64,000 nucleotides of DNA from Octopus sinensis (lineage: Eukaryota): positions 58,218,001-58,282,000 of the forward strand of contig NC_042997.1 of NCBI RefSeq assembly GCF_006345805.1. Reading direction: 5' to 3'. This document shows, one piece after another, positions 13,341-22,483 of the stretch. Position numbers and translations under genes: made by a program. Each line of letters starts with the position of its first letter. Position 1 is the stretch's first letter. Below the pieces are notes generated by a model. It saw only the letters and a program-made list of their open reading frames with translations. It was not told where the DNA came from and searched no databases.

Positions 13341-13892
13341 TCAAAAAATATAATTATATTCTTTCTTAGTAAAGGAATCCATCACCCTATAAAAATAATT
13401 TTCCTCCATGACCTCTGCAGTCACCTGCAGAGACCAATCTGGGTTATCAATGCTGGTCAGGACCGTCTGTTCCTGACCTTCAAGATTCCTCACAAAGTTC
13501 TCTACGGCCACTCCCTTAAGAAAGATCACAAATTCCTTATTTGTTACACTGGGAGAGGCCACAGTTTCCTCTGTTGGTGGAACAATTCCCACAGATGAGG
13601 TTTCGGGATATGCCAGCAGTGTACTGCTAACTGCTGGCACTGTCCCATTCTTTTTCTTCTTTTTTCTTGTCTTTGATATGAGAGGGGGTGGTTCCTTCAC
13701 TTTAACCAGAAGATCATCGCTCCATCCTGCAGCTTTGGGGTCCTTCGGTGAGCAACCACTGTTGCCCACCTTCTTCCTTTTTTTCCCCCCTTTTTTTCCA
13801 GGGGGGTCTCTACCTCCTTGACTACCTCCATCTCTCCCTCTGGAGGAGGAGGGGGGAGGCTCTTCCACAACCAACTGTTCCAGGACCCTACT
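13341..13892 (-). other. Unassigned GC-rich open reading frame (possible retroelement ORF1 remnant) in MORN1 intron 2
   Basis: About 183 stop-free codons with a composition distinct from the flanks. A Gly/Pro/Lys-rich N-terminal part (KKGGKKRKK, RKKKKK) is followed by a globular-looking part. No family recognised. Confidence 0.35.
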
Positions 13893-14933
13893 CTGGAAGA
13901 AATGACACAGGTGAAACTACAGGGGTTATAATAGATGTGTCAGCTTTCAAACAAAAAATAAAGATTGTTAAAATATAATAATGGTGCAAAATGAGCAGCT
14001 GTCAAAGTTTACCATAAACCTTACTACAAATTTCATACTTGACGACCTAATAACAAGCTTGATTTTAAAATTAATCTTTCATTTTCATGCATACAGTTGG
14101 AAAAAGGGTATATATGTTACTTTAAGTAAACATATGTACATATTTTAAGTATATGATTTTGACTTTTAAACTTGCAAGCTCTGATACACACAAATACTCT
14201 CATTATAAGAAACATATTGAAAGCTGTAATAATGAAAATATAGAAAACAATTAAATAGTTAACTGCTGAAAAAGCAAAATAATTTCTGGTTTTTTATAAA
14301 CGTTAATACTAACAGATTGAGTTTCAAATAAAATTCCTTTTATTACTATCACTGATACATAAATAGATAGATATTTGAATTTACTTATACGTGACAGTAT
14401 GCCAAAATCAATCTACTAAATAACTAAGGAATTTATGCCATATTACTGGTAATCCTACGCAAGTTTTGTTTTTATATTACACTTCAGGAATGTGTGATTA
14501 ACACACTTTTTTCTCCAAAGATTTGAAGGAAACATTGCAAGTGAAAGGTTCCATCTATCTGAACTATCTAATAAGCATATAAACTGAGTCAATGTATGTC
14601 TGCTTTTACATAGGGAATAAAAGGATTGAGATAACAGCTGGAGCATATTGAGAGAAAAAATAATTTTTTATTAAAACAAGTTACTGAAAACCACAGTTTG
14701 CTATGTCAACAGAAGCTGAAATCAAATCACCAGCAATGTGCTTTTCTTGATCAAAACACTTAATTTTCAATTATTCAGTTATGCAAATAAGCACTTCAGG
14801 GTGTTAGAATGTTCCTACTGCAAATATTTTGAGCACTCTAATGGCAATAACAAATGTTTCATGTTGAATGCAGCTTCCCTTTCTTCTACTTTGTCAATGC
14901 TGCCGTTGTTGTCATTTAATGTCTCTTATCCTA

Positions 14934-15343
14934 GGCGTAGGAGTGGCTGTGTGGTAAGTAGCTTGCTTACCAACCACATGGTTCCGGGATCAGTCCCACT
15001 GCGTGGCACCTTGGGCAAGTGTCTTCTACTATAGTCTCGGACCGACCAAAGCCTGGTGAGTGGATTTGGTAGACAGAAACTGAAAGAAGCCCGTCGTATA
15101 TATGTATATATTTATATGTATGTGTGTGTGTGTATGTGTGTTTGTGTTTGTCCCCCAACATCGCTTGACAACCAATTCTGGTGTGTTTATGTCCCCCATA
15201 ACTTAGCGGATCGACAAAAGAGACCGATAGAATAAGTACTAGGCTTACAAAGAATAAGTCCTGGGGTCGATTTGCTCGACTAAAGGCGGTGCTCCAGCAT
15301 GGCCGCAGTCAAATGACTGAAACAAGTAAAAAAGTAAAGAGAG
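14934..15343 (+). mobile_element. tRNA-derived SINE (family A), young full-length copy
   Basis: Head GGCGTAGGAGTGGCTGTGTGGTAAG...GGGATCAGTCCC (A/B-box-like), GGCACCTTGGGCAAGTGTCTTCTACTATAG body, internal (TA)/(TG) tract, and a tail ending gactgaaacaagtaaaaaagtaaagagag. CpGs are retained. Confidence 0.9.
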
Positions 15344-15680
15344 TATTCATACTGGCGTGAGTTGAACAGTTTGACAGGGAACTGGTAAGCTGCAGGGCTA
15401 TGTCAATTTCCATTGTCATCTTTGGCATGATTTCTATGGCTGGATGCCCTTCTTAATGCTAACCACTTTACAGAGAGTACTGGGTGCTTTTTTCACACCA
15501 CCAGCATGTAAAATTGTTAAGAACTTCAAAAAAAGATTAGCTCTACACTGTTTATTTGTACTAGGTACACTGTATAATACTAATGAAGTAAGTAGTAGTA
15601 CTACAATGATTCAAAGGATTACAGGACTCACTCAGCATATATTAATATATCTGTTACTTTCAGCATTTAAAGTGACTTAC

Positions 15681-15752
15681 CATGCTTTTTACTATTTACC
15701 CATTCTCCTTCGTATTCAAAAAATTTGTTACTGTAATGATAAACACCATAAC
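15681..15752 (-). CDS. MORN1: MORN repeat-containing protein 1-like, coding exon 2 (MORN repeat)
   Basis: Acceptor ttttttttttgcattcttgcag and donor G|gtaagt; 72 nt, phase 1-1. Encodes (G)YGVYHYSNKFFEYEGEWVNSKKH(G), a textbook MORN repeat. The joined RNGYGVYHYSNKFFEYEGEW matches my recollection of vertebrate MORN1 [20 protein letters not shown]. Confidence 0.85.
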
Positions 15753-16629
15753 CTGCAAGAATGCAAAAAAAAAAATTGGGGGTTACAGAGTATAAAGATA
15801 TAGGAAAATGCAATATTCATGCCCTGATTAAAGACTGTACTGAAATAAAAATGAAATTGCCCAAACTGTTATCTGAGCCACAGATTTCATTTGACAAGAA
15901 TTTATCATTAAATCACTGAACTCTTCTGAGAACAATTTATCAAATATAGAGCTCTTCCCAGATTTTTTCTTTTTTTTTTTTACCAGAGTATTCTACAGTT
16001 GTTTGCCTGTAGTGTATAATTGTTACTTAACCATGTTTTATGCCCACAGTTAAATACAGTGCACTAATTTTATTAAGTGAATTTTTACCCAAGAACAAGG
16101 CTATTGCTCTAGAGAGAGATAGTCACTGCTAATTTAATTGGACTCCACTGTCTTACTGGTACTTACTTTAATGAAAGTGAAAGGTAAAATCTGAGCACTA
16201 TAGGGATCTGAACACTAAATTGTGAGGCATTAAAATAAGTATTGTAAAACACTGGGGATAATGATGAAGATATGCAGTAGTTTCTTCTTTCTTGCCAGCC
16301 ACTTTTCAAAGTGTCAAAAGGTCAGCTGTGTAAGAGAAACTTAACTACTTCACTATGCACTCTACTGCAAAATATGGCATAAGAAAAGATCTTCATCAAA
16401 GAAGGAATAGTGCACATGACCTTTGTAGGATTCCCTAGACTGTTGTTATTGATGTTTAACTCAAACATCTGTAGGGTAATATCTATAAGGAAAGAAGGGA
16501 AAAAATCTTTGGTTGTGAAGAAATTCCAGAGAGGGCTGCGCAAAACGTGTAGTGCTGGATCTGAGAGAAGAGACACAATAAGGATGTTGAGAGCAGGAGA
16601 AACAAGGGAAGTGATGTGGATCTAGATAG

Positions 16630-16649
16630 ATAGATATAAAGAGAGGGAG

Positions 16650-16717
<68 letters not shown>
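16630..16717. repeat. (GA)n microsatellite
   Basis: Direct reading of the sequence. Confidence 0.9.
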
Positions 16718-16719
<2 letters not shown>

Positions 16720-16829
16720 CATGCAAGCTTAATTCAGAAACCAGAGGCTATGGTAGTAGCAATAAAAAAAAAGCAAAGGAGAAGAGACAGGCAGGTCTAT
16801 GTTGGAGTATATCATGAGGAAGTATATTA

Positions 16830-17620
16830 AGGCCATCACTCAGATGGTCTTCTTTTCAGTGTAGTCTAGAATGTTCATAACCATTCTACATTGATCTTTC
16901 TGTATGCTCATAAACCTTTGACATAAACAGATACTTCCAATTTAGTATCTTGTAGTTTGATATTTAAGTTACTCTCTTTATTTGATATTGATATAAATCT
17001 CTGGCTATAGACTTAATTTCTAACTTATTATAAGATGAATTTTAGTAACAGTCCCATACATTCAATTAACTGATTCACAAATTAGGATGACCATTATATC
17101 TCGGATATCTATTTGGTTGTGAACTCTTTCAGTGTATTTTGACACAATCCTATTATCTCAGATATTGAGTTAAATGTCTCTTGAGATATGATTCATCATG
17201 TGCTACATTCAGTTACATTCTAAATATATGAAATGTTCTGTATCATCACAATATGATTTCAGATCCCTAGTTGCGAATCTGATATGGTAAATCAATGTCC
17301 TATAATATATTATCAATATAATATCATATTATCATGTTTAGATTTGTGCCATATGTTTGGTAAATTAACTAATCCTAGGCTTATTAATCACTGATTTTAA
17401 GATACATGGGCTATAAAGACTCTAGCAAGGTATGGATCTTCTTGTATTATAAATAGTGGTGCACTTAAAGGATACAATAATGGACAACTAACAACAAGGG
17501 TATGAGTTCTAATCTTAGTATTGTATCTCAGTCAATGTACATAAATCTACTTGGCTTGAATATAGTACAGCTAATATAGTGGAATGGTTAAAGATATATA
17601 CGGTTCAATTCAATAGTAAA
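16830..17620 (-). mobile_element. Highly degenerate CR1/L2-like LINE ORF2 3' remnant
   Basis: Fragments such as LRYNTKIR...IQEDPYLARVFIAHV, FTTK*ISEI, YKILNWKY and DGLNILPHDIL resemble the CR1 C-terminal region. Many stops. Confidence 0.35.
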
Positions 17621-17645
17621 ATACAGCTCTAATAGTAATTAATGT

Positions 17646-17890
17646 GGAGGCATGTGGCTTAGTGGTTAGGGTGTCAGCATCATGATCGTAAGATTGTGGT
17701 TTCGATTCCTGGACTGGGCAACATGTGTTCTTGAGCAAAACACTTCATTTCACATTGCTCCAGTTCACTCAGCTGGCAAAAATGAGTAACGCTGCAATGG
17801 ACTGGTGTCCCGTCCAGCCGGGGAACAAATACGCCATAGAAACCGGGATACCGGGCCCATGAGCCTGCCTAGGCTTTAAAAGGGTGCATT
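17646..17890 (+). mobile_element. tRNA-derived SINE
   Basis: gaggcatgtggcttagtggttagggtg (A box) ... ggtttcgattcc (B box) ... gtgttcttgagcaaaacact, ggactggtgtcccgtccag. Confidence 0.75.
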
Positions 17891-18240
17891 TAATTTATTT
17901 ATTATAATAGTAATTAATAAATAAATATCTAAATATGAAAACTCAAAATTATATGTGATCCAGATGTATTGCAGTTATCCATAACAGAAGTTATTAAATG
18001 TAGTTCAAGAACTACTCATATGATGAATTTCAAGTAGTAAAGAAATCATGTAGCCTTAAAGGGGTTGAGCTATTAAAAATATAATAGTTAGAGCATGTAT
18101 GGGGTGAAAAACTTTTAGGGGATTGTTACCACAGTTGAAAATGAAAGGTTATTTGTACCTGATTATCATTACAGACCTATACAGAGCAGATGTCAAATCC
18201 TACTGAACAAACTTATGACTAACTGATTTTCAAACTCTAA

Positions 18241-18456
18241 CTCGTTAGCATTCAGATTTCTCTGTCAAATGTAATACGTATTCATTTACATTGATGTGAA
18301 TTAATCATGCATTATCTCATAGCTTTGTGATTTCAATGATGTGATTGTTTATATTTTGACTGATATTGTAGGTAAGTGTGAGAGGCCAGAACTGGCATGT
18401 TTGAATATAAAAAAGAAAATTTTGTGCCAGGTATGGCCAGTTTAAATGCTAAAGAG
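18241..18456 (+). mobile_element. piggyBac-like MITE (degenerate)
   Basis: Same body as 39119-39338; ends ...tgctaaagag|TTAA. Confidence 0.6.
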
Positions 18457-18512
18457 TTAAACCAGATGACTTACAGGATATTATTATTCTATATTTTTGA
18501 GATGAGGAATTA

Positions 18513-18919
18513 TGTACATTATTTACAATGGATGGATATGGTCCTCATCTTGTTTGTTGTTATCACATTTTGGCTGATGTACTCTCCAGCCTTCATCAGG
18601 TGTTCTTGTGGAATTTTGAACCCAACTCTTTATTTGACTAATGGGGTACACTGTTCTCATTCTTAAGGTATGACGCTGATGTTATTTTTCTGTTGATATT
18701 ACTCTTCAAGTCCCTGCCTGGCATTGAACTTAGAATTCAAAGGTTAGTAGCCTGCGCTCTTATCCACTATGCTGTATGCTCATGGGCATATAGTCAAATA
18801 AAGAGTTGGGTTCGAAATTTCTCAAGAACACCTGATGAAGGCTGGAGAGTACATCAGCCAAAACGTGATAACAACAAACAAGATGAGGACACCTATCCAT
18901 CCATCGTAAATAATATACA
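18513..18919. repeat. Long inverted repeat (about 128-bp arms, 150-bp spacer) with hammerhead-like cores
   Basis: Arms 18513-18640 and 18791-18919 are near-perfect reverse complements. Each has CTGATGA-A-GGCTG-gagagtacat-CAGCC-AAAA. The spacer has a tRNA-like SINE head (18710-18779, minus). Confidence 0.85.
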
Positions 18920-19214
18920 GGATATATCTATATAATTGGTGGGTTTAGGGTTTCTGTTTTGCATTCATTTCCATAACTTCCTCTGTGCCAGATATCTGCT
19001 CCATCAGAACTGATCTGGTATTGAAACAACAAGAATGTCAAGAACAACAACAGAGATTTTCTTAATAGACAAGAAGGTTGCAAGAGGTTTGTGAAACAGT
19101 ATATAACAGTGAATTAAAAGAATGAATGTAGAATCCCCAAAATTTTAAGTTGTCATGAATCAATACACTCCATCTTGACTATCTCCACCTCATACACCAC
19201 TAAACTCTCTAGAT

Positions 19215-19542
19215 CAGGAGTTCTTGACCATTTTTTATCTATGGACCCTTTTGTTTACTATTTTATTCTGGTGGACCCCAACAGCCATTTGATGCTTAAA
19301 AACTTAGTTTTATAGAAACTCCTTTCAAAATTCCTATTTTGGTTTTCACACATTAACTCGTGTAGGTTGAACTGTGTAAAATGTTAGAGAAAGAAACCTA
19401 GCTGTTTCTTGAAATGTATATCAATACATACATCTAAAATAAAATTTTTCAAGGTCACTTAAAATACTGTATTGTAGTGTGGGCCCCTCAAAATCTTATA
19501 TGGACTCTCAGGTGCCATATAGACCCTGGTTGAGAACCACTG
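19215..19542. mobile_element. hAT-like MITE
   Basis: TIRs CAGGAGTTCTTGACC / GGTTGAGAACCACTG and an 8-bp TSD ctctagat / ctctagac. Confidence 0.8.
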
Positions 19543-20339
19543 CTCTAGACAGACAAAACTTGGCAGGGTAGCAAACTAAATAGTACAATGTGGTCAGTAT
19601 AACAATCCAGTAAGTCGCGCCTAAAAGTTCTGATTGTTTATTTTTATAGTAGAAGTCTCCTAAAGTAGAACTGATCCCAATAACAAAAGTCTGGTGACTT
19701 GATCTTGCCCTTGCATTGCTAAAGGTGTTACTAGGAATAGTGAAACCAAACCAATCCTTCTTTCATGTAAACATATACACCTAGGGCTGTCTTAGCAGCA
19801 TTATTTGTCCCCAGGGCAAAGCAGTGCACTGGGCCTTATAGTATTTATTGACAGTACGCCACAGCATACATAGATTAGAATTGCACTGCATATATCATGA
19901 AGAGAGTTGCAGTTCAAAGCTGCAAGCAAAAGAGGCAGTATATCTTGGTCTGCAATGTTGAAGTCAAGCCCTCCTGTTGACAAACGGAGAAAATAAAGAA
20001 AAGGGTGTTGTATATAACAATAGCACAACTAGACATAACTGTCTTAATTCATTTTGAATGCCACCACGTATTACACGCATTCACACCTATTGTACTGACG
20101 AGATACTGCAACAGCGTGTCTGAAACTCAAATGATTCTAACTCATAACACCCTTACTAACACCCTATCCACTGCTTTACAGTTCTCTAAAGATTTCCAGG
20201 AATGGAAACCACTTAGTTCGTCATTCGATCTGACGGTGTAGCAGTTAAATCTAGTCTCAACCAAACCAACTTCTTACAGTCTTTATCGTAGGACAAAATC
20301 CTATTATAAAGATTGCCTGGTTATAGTTAGTGATCTTAC

Positions 20340-20469
20340 CGTTTCTTAACGCTTTCTTTTGTTCTCCTTCATATTTTTCCGTATATATATCATTAACGTC
20401 TTCACTGTTCAACGTCAAAGAAACACGAGTAGTTTCTTTTTGCTTTGAGCAATCCATCTCCACTGCCAT
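20340..20469 (-). CDS. MORN1: MORN repeat-containing protein 1-like, coding exon 1
   Basis: aagATGG start at 20469. The exon encodes MAVEMDCSKQKETTRVSLTLNSEDVNDIYTEKYEGEQKKALRN-G (130 nt, phase 1) and ends at the donor G|gtaaga. It joins in frame to the MORN exon at 15681-15752. An in-frame upstream ATG at 20481 is possible. Confidence 0.75.
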
Positions 20470-20676
20470 CTTCAACAGCATTAACCGTGTACAAGACACT
20501 TAAAGTATCACTACTGTCGCCACCGACATCGACAAAAAACCATGTGACGGCAGCTTACCAAACTTCAGTTGTCAAATCGGTTGTCAATGGTAACCGAACT
20601 AGCAGCGCGGTCTCGTGTAGCTCCACCCAATTCTCGTTTCATCCCTTTCAACAAACATCGAACCGCAAAGCTGAAG
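20470..20676. promoter_or_regulatory. Bidirectional promoter / 5' UTR region between the two start codons
   Basis: 207 bp separate two divergent ATGs. The region is CpG-rich and contains an X-box-like GTTGTCAATGGTAAC (20580-20594). Confidence 0.55.
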
Positions 20677-20721
20677 ATGGCGGAACAAAACACAGAAAAG
20701 GGAATGGCTATATTTTTGGAT
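20677..20721 (+). CDS. Putative first coding exon of an unidentified gene divergent from MORN1
   Basis: gaagATGGCG Kozak-like start, 15 codons MAEQNTEKGMAIFLD, then the strong donor GAT|gtaagt (phase 0). It lies in the CpG-retaining region. Downstream exons were not identified. Confidence 0.55.
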
Positions 20722-22445
20722 GTAAGTTATGAATTTTATATGTCTTTAGTGTCCCCTTCAGTGTTTGTTATTCTTCTTTTGACGTTCAGAATATGAGCAT
20801 GTTTTCATATATGGAATAGGTATTTATAATGCGGAATGCGAAGTCTGTTTATGTTGTTATTTTGGTAAAAAGAACAAATAATGAATAAATAAAATATAAA
20901 TCAGCGAGCCGGTTTCGATCCCCAACTGTATCCATTTCATTCCAGTTATGTTGGTAAAGCTTTTTGAAAAATACCGAGACATCACACAAATACCTTCTCA
21001 TCTCATGTACAAATTTAAGGATTTTTCCCCTCTCTATTTAGATAATATTTTACTGTTTTGCGATTCCCGGTGAAGCGTGTCAGCGACCCGGTTCGATAAC
21101 CAGTTGCAACTATTTTATTTAACTTATGTAACTAATTTCCTTGATAAAAAAGAATTATAAATCACATTTTTCTTTTGATCTCTTTCTTGTATTCATTTGG
21201 AATCTGGACGTAACACTGGACAAAAATTCCTGTTGCATTCTCTCACTCTCTCTCTGCATACTAAGTACCCCTATAAAAGAACTCGTTATTTTTATAGAAT
21301 TTGTAGCGGGAATATATATTCTATTTTGATAAATCTAATAAATAACTGAACATAACTAAGTTTAGCGAATTAACTTTTGTATTTTATTTTCACTGTACTA
21401 ACGTGGGGGTGGGAAAAGGAAAAAAATAAAAAAAATTTTGCTAGGCCCTAGAACAGTGGGGTGCGCTAGCGCCCGCTAAATTTTTTTTGGGCTATGAAAA
21501 CGCTTTCAACGTCTTCTAGAAAAACTGGTTTTGTATATCATAAGCAAATTTCATTCACGCACTTACGCTAAATTAGGCCTGACACAAAAGTTGAGGCAAA
21601 AATCACGGTTTAACTTTTCATGGGCAGAGAAACTCGTCAATGAAATTAACCGTACTCATTGAATCCCGGATGGATAAGAGTAAGTGGAAGATATGAATTC
21701 ATGCATTTTCCAATGACGTTAGTAAAGACAAGTGGAATGACTTCACGCTTGAAATGAAAAAGGAATGCAGAGATGGAACAGTCCTAAAAAAATTACTACC
21801 TCATCAATTTCTGTGTATTTCGGAGTAAAAGAAACAAAAAAAAAACCCCCAAAAACATAGCTGTTTAAGTGGATAGTTGTGATGATATCCGTTATGGATG
21901 TCAATGTTAGCAATTTCGAATGAGTATCGGAACCGGGTCATCGACGCACTTTGCGATCCAATTTCCTCTGTTTCGTTAAATAACATGAAACCCGTTAAAG
22001 TTGTCAAACTGTTATTAGCAGATAACTCCTTTCAAAGTTGTCATACTTCAATATATCGTTCGTTTTCTTTTGTGTTGTGTAAGCTAGTTAAAATTTGTCA
22101 ACCAGAAAAAAAAAAAACACATTGATAATAATGACTTGGTGAATATATTCGAATGAACAACTATTGTAGACAGTAATAGAAAACTTTATTTTGTGAATTG
22201 TACAGTTTTTAGAACTGTCATTTTATAAGATTTTGCTGTTGACAGTTACTTAAAAAAAATCACTTGTTGTTTGTTGGTCCTATCGATTTAAGTTACTTTT
22301 CGTTACTTACATGCACTCGCGCGATCACACATTAAAAAAAAGTTATTTTCAAAGTACTTTTAAGAGTAACTATTGAACATTTTGTGTTGCTGTAACGCAC
22401 AACTATAATGTCGAATCCATTTAGAAGATCAAGTTGATTGGGACT

Positions 22446-22483
<38 letters not shown>

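Noticed and set aside
14934-15005. tRNA-like sequences (also 17646-17715, 11810-11880, 18710-18779)
   Set aside because: They continue into SINE bodies and lack a complete cloverleaf, so they are SINE heads rather than tRNA genes.
14455-16576. Minus-strand ORFs 14455-14646 and 16322-16576 as further MORN1 exons
   Set aside because: They contain no MORN (YxGxW/F...G) motifs in any frame.
20257-20796. RER1 as the divergent partner, by analogy with the human MORN1-RER1 arrangement
   Set aside because: MAEQNTEKGMAIFLD does not resemble the RER1 N-terminus as I recall it, and no RER1-like exons were seen.
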